The notes beneath the pieces were generated by a model. That model was given only the letters and a program-made list of their open reading frames with translations, made no database searches and was not told the DNA's origin. DNA of 63,713 nucleotides, filler included, from Licmophora abbreviata (Eukaryota), in NCBI GenBank assembly GCA_900291995.1. It is 9 parts of 9 records of this genome, joined end to end, with 100 filler letters (N's around TTAATTAATTAA, not from the genome) between each part and the next. Parts side by side here need not be neighbours in the genome. Positions count along the whole stretch, not along the records: positions 44,517 to 58,767 come from OLMU01000113.1; positions 58,868 to 62,199 come from OLMU01000114.1; 7 more parts are not named here. One strand, given 5' to 3'. Each line of letters starts with the position of its first letter. Positions within the stretch are counted from its first letter, which is position 1. Below are positions 47,509-60,412 of the stretch, piece after piece. The translations under genes were made by a program, and so were the position numbers.

Positions 47509-47856
47509 GGTAGGGACGTGGGTATTGACAGGACCACAGCATTGGCTTGTTATTAAACGCTTAACGATCGGTAGCGAAGAGTATCATACCGGGAAGCATC
47601 ACAATCTCCTAACTATCTCGCGTCGTCTCGTCGTGACATCATCGCCGCGCATTGAGATGGGACACTTTTTGGTGAAAATAACACATTTTTATTTATATTT
47701 GTAAGTTTTAATTAATTTGGCATACATCGAATTGATTTCCTTTCATTTTAGTACTTTCCATGTGCACTTTGTATAGCTTCCACACTTTGAACTTATTGGC
47801 TCATGAGGATGTCGTGGGTATATTCACAAAAGCATGTTTTACAAACTCAAATCCTC

Positions 47857-50800
47857 TTATATCTTCTTTGTCGTGTATCCATTGCCGGCCTCGCCTCTCT
47901 CCATTACTGAGGGTCGCCTCCGATCCCTGGACCCCTTCGCACAATAGCCCAAGAGCGGAGACGACGACCAATTGGCTTCCTCGAACAAGCTCGCCATGTC
48001 GCCAGCAGACACGGCTATTACTTCGCCGACAAAAGAGCAGCATCTTCTTGTATTCACCGCGTCACCGCAACCATCTCTCGGGTGAGGAGCAAACTCACCG
48101 GATAGGTTGATGAAGAGCGAGAATGATGAAACATAAAGCACAAATGCCACAAGCGACGAAACGAAAAAAGAACAAGCTCCGTCGAACGGGAACGGTCGAT
48201 GGTGCATGGTCGACCAGGAATACAGGGGAGCGATTGTAACAATGCCCAAAACTTCCCCCAGGATTCTTATCTTGGCGGTGAACTTCCCAGACTCGCAATC
48301 GGCAAGGAGACTGTCACGGCTGTAGAGAAATGCCATCCATGAGGAAACACCACCGTTCGATTTCTCAGAGTAGCTATTCGCTGCCATACGGTGAAGAATC
48401 GCAGCGGCAGTGCCCCCCAGCATATTTGCGATGGTCATGCAGGAAAGCAAAATGATGGTAGAAGCCATGATAAGGACGGACTCTGATCTTGCGATCGATC
48501 TGTAATATCCATGCGGAGAAAGCAAGCGGAAGCACCATGAGAAATAATACAGTAAGCAGGCGACCAAGGGTGCCAGTACTTACGTGACTTGGGTTGGTAC
48601 AAGTGGCAGTAGTACCAGAAGAGCTGTCTCAGATCCCACGCCGATCCTGAATGCTCTCATCGGCTCCCTATTTGGCATCTGCGAAACTGCACGGACAACC
48701 TTTGTTCGCATCACCCACAACAGTACTAGCGATGCACTAAACATCGCAATACCACTTCGTGACGGCACATAGCCAAGCCCTCCCAGCACGGGAGGAGAAA
48801 GAACCCACAATGGAACTGCTACTTCCAACGCTCCCTGAACGGCACACCAAAGCAAGTACAAGAATGACAGAATTATGAGAATTCCAGGGTCTCCCGTATG
48901 CCCCGTCTCGCTTCCGATCTCTGAATCTTCCTCCGCAATCGTCGACGGGTACGAACTTGCCCTTGCGTGATCGTGCGACGACGCCCTTCTGCGCAGTGGC
49001 TGCGAGTTCGGAGCTCTTAATGGCGACCTTCCGACTTCTGGGTTCCACGCCAGGCTTCCGTCTTCGATAGACTCGGCAGCAAACGAGTTCGACGGCCTGT
49101 CGGCAGTCAGCTCGTCTGCACTTGATGACTCCGTAATTGGGAACAGCGCAGTGTCGGTTTCATCTTTGCCTTCAAATTGAGCCGCGTTCTGCACTGTTTC
49201 CTCCAGAGCAACTTCGTATGGATGCTGACCAAGAGGATAAGGACTCGAGCCCCCGTACTCCGGAGGAATCTGGTCGTCATCAATGAAATTTCGTAGACCG
49301 TCAATGTATTGAGTAGAATAGATCTCCACTTGTACTGATTCTGGAAGCAATCCTCTAACGGTCGAGTACGCACCCGCGAGCCAGAAAGGACAATTGACAA
49401 GGAAAGCGCGTTTCAGTCGATTCGGGTAGTGTGAGGAGTTGATCACACCGGCCTCCTTCAAGTATTTGATAACGTCTCCGTTGAGCGATGTGATCGTCGC
49501 GCCTTTTATGTCCATAACGACCATGGTGCGCCAAAGTGAAGGATCGAATTCATCAGCTGTGTTCCCACCCAGAGCACGGATATCGTCTCGTGTAACGACG
49601 CAATTTGAAACAAACTCCATCATGAATGTGTAATGGCGCACCATCTCTGAGATTTCGCCCCCGTTACGGAAAAACTGTTTCAGATTCATCCGTCCGGGCT
49701 GTTCGTAAATGATCGGATACCCCTGCTTGCTGTGACCGTGAATGCAATGTGGATAGGCCTGCTTGATTTCCTTGAAGAACGGATGTGCTATCCGATGAAT
49801 GTTCCATACGCTCTTTTCACGACGCCACTTTTTCGTAATTGTCCACATTTTCAACGCCTTGTCTCGATTCCCACCGCAGCATTCGATATAGTTCTTCGGA
49901 ATATCGGCAACACACTCCCCCTGAGGTACAAATGCAGGAGAGCCGTCGGGGTACACCGTCTTGCTATCCATGTACACTGCAACATCCTCTAATGGTCCAG
50001 TGGTAGAACGGTAGTCACCAGTGATAGGGTCACCCTCAAGATCGATCACTTCATCGCTGAAAGCCGAGTTGCAGTCAAAGAACTCGCTGATACTAGCGTC
50101 GCTTCTGCCAGAATTCAATCGTGACCTACCACCCTGTGACGAGTGGCCATCCCGGTGCCACGACGATGCACTTAGCGGCTCGCTGAGGTCGCCGGGAAGA
50201 TGCAGTCGGTCAGAAGATCCCCTCCTCTCTGGAGTTTGGGAAGCAATCTTTACACGCCGATTAACCACACGACTGACGAAACGACCTACGGTACCGGGTC
50301 GTCCGTGCTGCTGCGCCAATTCGTAGTTCTGGGAATCACTGGTGCAGCCAGAGGCAAGCCACAGCACTGCCCGAACCGCCACTTCCACAAGGGCGGCGAC
50401 CACCACAAAGAATATTGGTGAAAGCGAATACGGATACCCTCCCGCATAAGCCTGCATCGTAATACTGTTCGACAGCGGATTGTAAAGCAAGCCACCAAGA
50501 AGAATCGAAACCGCAAACCCCGTCATATATATCTTGGCCGTTCCAGGAGCAATGTAGTCGCAAGCGGCGCGAGTCAGACTATTGTGAGATGACGTTGAGT
50601 CTTCCGATTCTGTTCGGTGCAGTCCACCTTCTTCCATGTTCTCTTCCGGGACGATAGAGACGGTTCGTACTTTGTCTTCGGGGAGCTCATAGTTGGTGAT
50701 GCCACAGGCATATCCTGCGAGAAGAGCTACCAAGAACCGAATCGCAACGAGCGCTCGCACTGACCCAAGCCCAGCGCCAAAGGCAAAGGCATGAAGTGAA

Positions 50801-51138
50801 AACGAGATACCTGCTAGCCTGGCAACATTCCGAGGAAGTTTTGTCTTATCGACTGAATAATACGATGCCATACCGCCGCCGAGGGCCCTCCCAATAGTAT
50901 ATGCTCCTGTAACGATCGCGACTGGGTACGCAATCTGCGACCAGGTCTCAGTATCCAGCTGCGTGTTGGCTCCATGCCAGTCCTTATGGAATGCAAGTCG
51001 ATATACCAGTCGAGGGCCGAACGCAAAAAGCGCTGCCCTCGCCACGCCATCCATCAACAAAGCCGTCCTTCGCAACACCGCCGGCGAGTAGGTTCGCATC
51101 GTCAAGTGCTCTTCACTGTTCCGTTCTCGGCGGCTCAT
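47857..51138 (-). CDS. Multi-pass MFS-like (ZIFL-type) membrane protein with internal CRAL-TRIO/Sec14 domain; intron 48500-48583
   Basis: N-terminal TM bundle; Sec14 motifs HGHSKQGYPIIYE, VVMDIKG, HYPNRLKRAFLVNCPFW, FIDDDQIPPEYGG; C-terminal TM bundle beginning LWVLSPPVLGGLGY; start uncertain. Confidence 0.8.
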
Positions 51139-52079
51139 GATCGGCTGTCGTGGGTGACGGAAAGGAAAACAGAGGTGTAAGTAAGCCGCAGCTGCATTCA
51201 GTCGGGAAACAATGGTCTTTCCAGCATTCATTCCACACTGTTCTCTTGGGTCATCCGAGACTAGGTAGTCAGGAGTCCTCCAGCATACAACAGCGTCTCT
51301 CACATTCAATTTCGTGTTGCTGAGAGTAGTCTTGTGAATTAACTCAATGAACGACAACAAGTGCTGAGGGGATGCGAACTCTTCTGAAACACATGGCGGT
51401 ATTGGGACAGTGCAGACAGCTACGCACGACTTCGATCCTGTTCGTGAGTGTGAGTCCCGATACCTTCTCGTTGACCCTAACGCAGGAAAACTGTGGCGAA
51501 AAGCTCGTTCTGAATTGCTCACCAGCCTAATTGGAAACCAAGGGTCTCAAGTTCAACTAAGAGACACCCTGAAATTGCTGCCGCTGCTCATGTCCTTCGC
51601 CCACTCGTCCATGGCTTCGAACCTTGGATGATGACGAGCGACACAAGAGCGGATTGAATGACGAATGATGCCTGAGTAAACAGTCCACTCTGACGGCGCC
51701 TAAAGGTCATCTTCTGGCGAGCCCTGCGCGCAAAAATGGTAAATATATATATGTATACACATCTATTCGCCAAGATGACATAATCGCGAGCCTGCATCTT
51801 GTGTACATTTAAACGACCAACGGAACGGATGCCTACCCTGAGAGCATATCATTCATGTATGAAGATGATAATAGTATTAATACATAAAGTTGTACTCCAG
51901 TACTCTTTAGTCCATGATAGGAAGAGCCTACTTGAGAAGCTAACCATGACCCATCAATGCTACAGTAAGGGTCCCCTCCCTCCTTCCCTACCAGGAAGAA
52001 AAACACAAGCTGGCTCGTCGAATTACAAAAGTACAAGTAGGTCCGTAACCACTGCGACATGAGAGGTCGGCGCCTCTCC

Positions 52080-53420
52080 TCATGAGTGGAACGCGTTGGT
52101 AAACTGCATGTTGTTCAACGTGTCTTTGATTGCCGGATTCCTGGCGTCGTCTCCTAGAACCGACTGCTGGATCTATTATTTGTAAGGGGAGCCGCGATCA
52201 GCCAGGCAAAATGAGTGTGAGTACACATCAGCGACCGAACGCCCGCAAACTCGCCACAGTGTAAACTACTCACCAACAGGGCCTCCTGAAATATCTCTTG
52301 GGCTTCGTCGTATTGTTTCAGATGCAACTTCATGTACCCGAGATTACACAAGGTGATAGCATCGTGTAGCAAATCCAAGTCCGCCTTGGCCCCCTCCCCG
52401 GCGTTCTGTTGTATGTCACGCGCTTCTTGAAACGTCGCGAGCGCAGCCAGATGATTGCCCATTTGGAAACTACAACACGCGATATTATTCAAGACCATCG
52501 CAACCTTGGGGTGCTTGGGCCCCAGCCACTTGGAACGTATCATTCTTGCGTCTCGAAACTTGCAAAGTGCTTCATCGAATCGTTGTAGAGCAAAGAGTTG
52601 AATACCAATTTCGTCCAGTGAAAGCTGAATCGCCAAGACCACGAGATCGACAACAAGCCAGAGTGAGATCGCAATTGGGAATGCCTACCGAGCTCGCAGG
52701 ATATGAAATGTTTGAACTCACCGCAACTTCGGGGTGATCAGTTCCGAACGCCTTTTGCTTCAGCACGACCGCCTCATCAAACAGCGGCAAAGCCTTGTCC
52801 TCCTGTCGTGCCAGCACGTAAATGACCGCCATGTTGTGAGCTGTAATTCCGGCAAGATATTTGTTATTGTTTCGATTCGGACGGGCCTTTTGTGCTTCGT
52901 AGTCCTTGCTCATTTCCCGTAAGGCAATCGAAAACTCCTGTCTCTTGATACCGTTGATGGTACGAGAGACATGTCGAGACATGTTCCTATCGTTGGGGTA
53001 GTTTTTATTCCACACGATGAGCGGCACTGATTCAGTGATCTTTCTCGTTTGACCACCAACAGTCGAAACCTGCTGTCCCACAGCTTTTGGGCGCTCCTCG
53101 TCGACAAGGTATCCGATGGAAATCAGTCGCTCTGTTTTGGCCAGTAGCTGCTCGACAGTCTCGTGCACGCGCTGCTTCGGAGTTAATTCGTCTGCCATGG
53201 CACCGAGTGAAATATATTCAATACCATGCAGTTCGACAAATTGAGTGTTCTGACTCAACCCACGACTTTCCGTAAAGGGAAACGGCTCGCAAAGACACTC
53301 GCTGAGCATTGCTTGCACCACATTGAGCGGGCGTGATCGAGGCGTCGCTGATGCCTTCGGAGTGGACGCCGCTTTCATCTTCTGCCGCGACTGCTCCGAG
53401 TAATCCGGCGCTTTCTCCAT
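52080..53420 (-). CDS. TPR-repeat protein (kinesin light chain-like), 3 exons
   Basis: AFGTDHPEVA, LGPKHPKVAMVLNNIA, AITLCNLG; terminal exon ..NPAIKDTLNNMQFTNAFHS*. Confidence 0.78.
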
Positions 53421-53793
53421 TGCGCTTCAGAATCCTTTGCTGCTGGTTCTCAGAATGGAAGGTATCAGATGGCTTCGTCTCTGTCAATAAGTTGTGAACA
53501 ATGAGCGGCTGCTGGCATAGGCGAGAGTCGAGAGTCGAGTTCACCTGCATCTCTCATCGCCGAACGCCGAACATTCCTTTGTGATCCGCCGCCGCTCGGC
53601 GTGCGACTCGTGACCCGAAGACTCATGACTGGAGTCACTAATCACACAGAAATTGTGCCGAGAGAGGAGAGAGAGAAAGGCACACGTTACGATGGACTGG
53701 TGCCAACCTTCAGGAAGGGCGAATCGAACTGCTGAGTGACGCCCGCAATAAGTTTGACAAGAGCGTGCTAAATTCCCAAAGGAAGAGTCAGGC

Positions 53794-55947
53794 ATGTCGG
53801 CGCGGCTGATGATGCATTCACTGCGGTACTCTGGTCGGATGTTGATCTCGCGCCGCTCCTCTTTGTCGCCTCGTATCTCGGCGTTCTCTTCTAGTCTTCA
53901 GCACTTGCAGAGTCTGAAAGGCAATCTTGATGATCCAAAACGCTTTATTTTCAGGCAGACGGGTCCCGAGTGGCATCACCCCTCGTTTCTGGAGGACGCA
54001 ACACTCGAAGAAAAGGAAGCATGGCTTGAATCGAGACTAGGGCAGAAAACTGAAGAGGCAACAGAAACTTCTATGGTAAATATCGAGGCATTTCTTGTGG
54101 TGCTGAGAGCACTTTCGCAGTCTAAAGCGAGTGGCGCACCACAGCGGGCCGAAGAGTGGATGCGCCGATTGGAACAACAAGCGGAACGTGACCCGAAGTT
54201 GAAACCGACTCTCGAATGTTTCACTTCTGTCATCGAGTGTTGGGCAAGAAGCCAGCAGGAGGTGGCAGTACCGCGGGCTGAGCGTTGGTTGACTAAATTG
54301 AAGAAGCTTTCAATAACAGACCCTTCTCTCGAGCCTACAACGGACACATTCAATGCATTTCTCAATGCTTGCTCGAAAGGGAGCGGTCTCATTCGAAGGG
54401 CCGATGCGCTTCTAAGCAACGCCCAGAAGACGGAAGAGACCCTTAATTTCATGATGAATCAGTACGAGAAATATGGACAAGACCATCGCTGTGCCCCCGA
54501 CACTGAGTCGTTCAACTATGCAATCCGTTCATGGACGCGCTATCGCAAGGACGCCGCACTCGTGGTCGAAAAGACTATGGCTCTGTTGAAGCGTATGGAG
54601 GAATACCAGCGCGCGGATCCCGAAAGCTCCCGAATCAAGCCGAACACACAGTCATATTGCATGGTATTGGACGCATACGCGAATCTTGCAGGACGAAAGG
54701 CAAAAGCTTGTCTCAATGACAAAGTAATGAGAATTTCAGAGGACACAAACGGACTTGCAGATGTCAAACAGGTGGAAGCGATTTTGAAATATATGCACAA
54801 CATCTTCGACGCTGGGCATGAAGGGATCATGCCCAGTACGGTGGCTCATAACACTTTGTTGTCGGCATGGGCACGCATGTCGGGGCCTTTCCATAGGCAA
54901 GCTCCTTTTGAGGCAGAGAAGGTACTGCGCAAGATGCTGAGGCTTCGCGACATTGGACTTTTGGGAGCAGCGCCTGACAATCTATCTTACAGTAAGGTAT
55001 GTGAAGGACGAGTGTGGTGTGATAATGGGGATTTGAGTTAATTCGTCTAGTGGTGGTTCACTCAATGCACCATGCCTTGTACCCGCTGCTTCTTCCAGGT
55101 AATACTCGCGTGGGCAAAATCTGGTCATCCCACAGCAGGCCAACGGGCTCAATGGTTGCTTCAGCAACTATGGACAGAATACGATAAATCTCAAGACGAG
55201 TCTCTGCGCCCCCAGGTGACGACTTACAACAATGTATTCCAAGCTTTACGGAAGAACCCAGTCCAAGCGGAGAATCTCTTAACTGAGCTCGTGGAGAGAG
55301 AGAACGAGGGTGGGTCCTTGAGACCCAATTCGGAATGTTTTGCTTTCGTCATTCACGCTTGGCTAAGAGCGGATGACACCTCCGATACCGGACTGTCTCG
55401 ATATGAACGGTGTTTGCGTGCATGGGTGTGGCTGCAGGAGCTGGTGCGACGCGAACGTGCTGACACGTATGAAGTAACGAGCTCCCCGGACCTTTTTGTC
55501 GGGGTACTCAAAGCTGCCACGAAGTGCTGCGATGAAAGACCCGAAACATTGGATCTTGCGATTGCATGTTTTGACCTCTTTCGAAATTCGCGACACCAAA
55601 TCGATGTCATGTCGTATGCCAAGCTATTGCAAACTGGAGTGGAGGCATTGAAGGACCCAAAGCACGACAACAATCGAGAAGCGTTTTTAACGCAAGTAGT
55701 GCAAGACTGTCGCGATGACGGTCTTGTCAGCAGCGTGTTTGTCAAAATCCTGGCCAACGGTCCTATATATGAGGAGGGATGGACGATCGAAGAAAGTGCT
55801 CGGCTGACCGGCGTACTATTCGAGACGTGGCCTTTGCCAGGGTCGTGGCACAGGAACATAACAGAAGAATTCTTGATTCCATCGAAGGAAGACGCGATTC
55901 GAGATACAACACAGAACAACATGCCCAAGCGAGCGCACTTGGTCTAG
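53794..55947 (+). CDS. Pentatricopeptide-repeat (PPR-like) protein, likely mitochondrial; intron 54997-55098
   Basis: Recurrent P[TDS]..[SF][FY]N....AW[AS] repeats with AE..L; Arg/Ser-rich presequence. Confidence 0.85.
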
Positions 55948-56315
55948 AGATGTTGCGTACTCATGTATTGCGGTAATTAGCTAGTTCTCCAGTTGGACTA
56001 TTCCTTCATACCTACAGAGATCTCGTCTAGCTAGAGACGTCTAATACGATACACTACCACTAGCTAGCCCTCGGCAGCAGGAATAGAAATCCGAGGACCG
56101 GATATAAACGAGAAGGAGAAGGGAGGTACCGGGGTATTGGAGGGCATCATCAGGAGTTGAATCAGTAGATCTATTACCCGTTTTCGACACGTCAACCCCA
56201 ATAGAGAAACGACAAGCTTTTTCTTCGAAACTCAAGACGTACGATTTGGATCTCCACGTGGAGGTATTGTGTTCTTGGATTTCTCTCACATTGAACATCA
56301 CAGATCAACTCGACC

Positions 56316-57306
56316 ATGACTATGAGCGGCGGTAGACTCGCCCTTTGGGCGCTTCTTGTGGCTTCTCTGGCTCTCTCATCAGCATTTGTACCAACCTTGT
56401 TTGCGGGACGATGCCAGTCGACTCTGTCGCAAAAGAAGGCGCTGTTCATGTCGGATGAAGGAGGTGCTCCGTCGGACTACGATAGCAGCGACTTGTCTGA
56501 TCCCCAACAGACGGTGGCGGTCGACACCGACGAAGACGACGCTTTTATTCGCGACTCCTTGAAGCGTGAGCTATTGCTGTTAGCCAGTGTTACTGATCGC
56601 GGTGAATATGCTACAAATGAAGAACGGGATATCGTCGTGGACCTGGTAACTCAGCTTGAAGCGCTGAACCCAACACCCGAACCGGCTTCCTTGGCCAACT
56701 GTGAAGGGGAGTGGGATCTAGCGCTTTCTTCGACTCAATTTTTTCGCTCCAGTCCGTTCTTTCAATCAATTCGGGTCGCCCTGGGCGACGAAAACAAAGC
56801 GATGGCCGAGAATGGGTTCGAAATCCACGACCGGGCAACGACCGCGTCTCGCATCGGCCGCGTCCGACAAACTATCGCGCCTGGAACTTTGGTCAGCGAG
56901 GTTGCCTTGGAAGTTGGTGTGCTACCCGGATTTCCTTTGCGAGTGAAAGGTACAGTTATCACATCAGCCTCTTTGGATATTGTTTCGTCAGAGACTTGGG
57001 AGACTCGTATCGAGAATACGCAGGTGAAAGGGTCGAACATTCCCTTGCTAAACGAGTACCTCGACGATCCCAGCTTCGAGCTACCTGTGGGAAGTTTCTA
57101 CAGCTCCGTTCTCCAGCAAGTACCCTTGGTCACATTCAAGGTAAGAAACGATAATTTTGCTTGCAATACACTGCTCTGGTGCGGCTGTGCCGCGGCTCAT
57201 CCAACCTCAACTCCATGCCATTCCACCAAAGACTTTTTATGTAGATGAAGGACTTCGAATCACCCGAGACGTCGACGATAATTTCTTCGTCTTTACGAGA
57301 GCGTAG
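56316..57306 (+). CDS. Plastid lipid-associated protein / fibrillin; intron 57141-57231
   Basis: Bipartite signal [25 protein letters not shown], terminal [21 protein letters not shown]. Confidence 0.9.
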
Positions 57307-57376
57307 CGACGGAGCATGTGTGTGCGACGACATGCTACTCTTTAAACTATGATTATAATCAATAATCGTGCCTCTA

Positions 57377-59073
57377 TCAATAATTGCCGGTCGCCTTTTC
57401 CAGGAAAGTATTGTAGATGGCATTTCCAGTTGAAATGAACATAAGAGGAGTAAACAATAGCAACAGGAACCATGCAGCGAAAACTTTGAGCTTTCGGTTC
57501 CACTTGTCGTCCTCTACGTCAGCATCTGTCTCTCCCCCCTCTTCGCTCCTGGCGTCGGCCTGTCGTTGCAGAATGATGAACGACCCACAAGGAATCAGAT
57601 ACGACAACAGAATGGACAGGCTGCTCCCAAGCAGATCCCAGACAATGTCGATGCTTGTCACGCTACATGCGACGGCTGCACCGGACCAAAAGATGAGAAC
57701 TGCAACCACGAGTCGACGCAAAAAGGAGTTTGTAGGTTCGGCGGGCGACTCGGGAGTTGTCAACGCGGCGTTTTGATTCTCATTCTCTCGGCCATCGTTC
57801 ACCAGCAGGGGTTCGCCGAGGTCCCCGTCCTCACTCAAGACATTGCCATGCGGTATTATCTCGGCAGCATGTCGCTGCATTGCACGTAGTACCACATCGC
57901 GTGCCGGGATCACCAACATTGGAAAGGCCAATGTAATGGTCAACGCAAGGCACAAACGCCCCATGAGCAGCAAGGGATCATTCTCGCCAAAGTCCAACAA
58001 CACGTTTCCCTGCACCGACCCAGAAGGAGTGCAGTTTCCATACATTGATCCTGAGAATCCAATGACAAGATAGAACGAAGCAGCTGACCATGTGGTCGAT
58101 CGTATCCACCACGATACGCGCTCGGGTGTAGGCGACTGCAGCTCGTTGTGCACCGTCAATATCTGATAGTGACAGACAAACGTGGAAACAAAAAGAGGCA
58201 GAGCATCCAGGAGGTCCTTCAGCGAGTGTGGGAAGTATGTCAAGTAATCAAACCAAACCGCATGTCGATCCGACTCGTGGTCCCCTCCGAAGTTGCATTG
58301 TACAGATCGAAACAAAACACAAGCTCCTAGAATCAAGACAGACATCATGGATGCCGCCCCGAATTTCTCAAGAGCTGTCAGTGTCTGAAGCGTGCACAGT
58401 GGTGTGACAATAAGAACCACGCTTAGCATGGCCACGTTGTGTGCCAGCGTCAAGCTTCCTGTCCCTGGGGCGGGAGGTACAACAAGGTCGGCAATCGGTT
58501 CGAGCATGTCTCGCAGTAGCACGGCGTATCCGACAGTGCCAAAGAAGCACATGGCCCAAACAAGACACATGGAAAACATCAGCGCGCTGGGACCAAATGC
58601 CGCACTCGCGACCGCTTCGAACGACCCGTTCCCCTTCTTGAACCAATCCGGCCGTCCTCGCGTCATGAGTTTGTCGGACGCAAGCAACAGACGAAAGCAA
58701 AATTCTGCCGAGGCTGCGACCAAGATGATGAAAAACTGGACCAAGGAATGCGTTCCCTGACTTATGCNNNNNNNNNNNNNNNNNNNNNNNNNNNNNNNNN
58801 NNNNNNNNNNNTTAATTAATTAANNNNNNNNNNNNNNNNNNNNNNNNNNNNNNNNNNNNNNNNNNNNAGGAATGCGTTCCCTGACTTATGCAATGCAAAT
58901 GGAAGTGACAACGAGCCTCCTCCGACCATGGTAGACAAGACATTGAGTCGAGCGGAACTGATGGTGCCTCGTCGCTCCTGCGGCGATGAAGTGTCTAGTT
59001 CCGTAGTGCTGTCGTGCCCATTGCTGATTTCTCTATTCTCCACCGAGTCGCCGTTAGGTTCGTGCTCTCCCAT
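57377..59073 (-). CDS. Amino acid transporter (Aa_trans / SLC38-like); spans gap 58768-58867; apparent frameshift at 58731-58735
   Basis: RLNVLSTMVGGGSLSLPFA, FVCHYQIL, multiple TM helices, LLGS..SILLSYLIP. Confidence 0.88.
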
Positions 59074-59445
59074 ATTGTTTCCAGGACTGTCTTCAATATC
59101 TCCTTGAGCAGGAAAGAGACAGCCGCGCCATTATGGTCATTGCTAAATGCCGAAGGATGCCCACATTCATCGGGCACAGCATACACCGGCGGCGGCGGCG
59201 TCAAAGTTCGAAATGCGTTGAATGGAACACGTCTGCCCGTGAGCCGTCGCCGTCGCATGACACACGTTTCGGGCACTGATGTAGTCTAGTCTGCGGTTAT
59301 AAAGAGGACGAGTGCGATGGCTTTATAAACGGGTAGGATAGACCGTTTCCTCTCTCTAATATGAAGTTTTTAACTCAGCTCGAATAATTTTAACTGCTCA
59401 GAGGTTGCTCGTTTCGACGGAACAAACGCTTTCACAAAGTAGCCA

Positions 59446-60114
59446 TCAGTTTCCTGACGAAGAACCCAACAGTCCGCCGAACCACATGGAAGCGAGCGTG
59501 GTTTGCTTTCTACGTTTCTTCGCACGATGCACACTTGGCTGGAAGATTCTGCGTCGCTTCTTTTCTTCTGGTGACGAGACGGGACTAGTAGAGATGTCGC
59601 CATTCGATTGTCCCGCGATGCTCTCGCCGACCTGGCTCAAACTCGAATGCAAAATAGGATTCATCGTATTGCGACGATGGTGCACGTCATCAATCGAGGC
59701 AAGCTCATCCTCCATCGACGTCCTCAACGAGATTGAATGTGTCCGATGAAAGGCGTTCTTGACAGTCCGACATACGCCGTCAATACTCAAGGACCACCCA
59801 CTGGGTGCCTTGTCTGCCGCTACGCCTGTAGTACTAGGGCGTGAGGATCCCGTTGCCTCGTCCTTATTGCAACTTGTCTCGCCTCCCTTGATACCAGTGG
59901 CAGCGACGCTTCTGTCCGTCTGGTCCTTGACACCAGTTGTCGTGTCAGACGTGACGACTACAACCGCGTCAACGCCATTGTCACGACGACGTTGTCGACG
60001 TCGTTCTCTCTCTTTTTCGAAATCAATCGACACAGCATTCCCTAGTATTTCGGTAAGATTAGCCGTGTCCAGAGTCCTCCTCGACGATGGTGACGAGGAA
60101 CCAGTGAACGACAT
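59446..60114 (-). CDS. Hypothetical low-complexity protein
   Basis: ATG at 60114 (ACCATG); Ser/Thr/Arg-rich ORF filling the spacer between transporter and glycosyltransferase. Confidence 0.5.
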   Translation of the reverse strand: MSFTGSSSPSSRRTLDTANLTEILGNAVSIDFEKERERRRQRRRDNGVDAVVVVTSDTTTGVKDQTDRSVAATGIKGGETSCNKDEATGSSRPSTTGVAADKAPSGWSLSIDGVCRTVKNAFHRTHSISLRTSMEDELASIDDVHHRRNTMNPILHSSLSQVGESIAGQSNGDISTSPVSSPEEKKRRRIFQPSVHRAKKRRKQTTLASMWFGGLLGSSSGN

Positions 60115-60412
60115 GGTTTGTCGAGGCTTTGCCGTGATGTCGCGTCGTTGCCGACGGGGATCAAAAAATGCGGGCCATTTTTTGGGGCGCGTTTTCAAAA
60201 TGAGAATGGGTAGGAAACACGGCACAAACTTAACGCAATCCACGAATGGATCGTCACGATCGATGAATATTGACAAAAACACAAAACGCGACGAGCGGCG
60301 ACGACGAGAGCACATCTCATCACCATGGTGATCCGGACGAAGGCGCCCAAATTCAACAATATAGTACCATGATCCAGTACCGGAATTCACCGGGGGTGAA
60401 ATTTCCGGTTCT

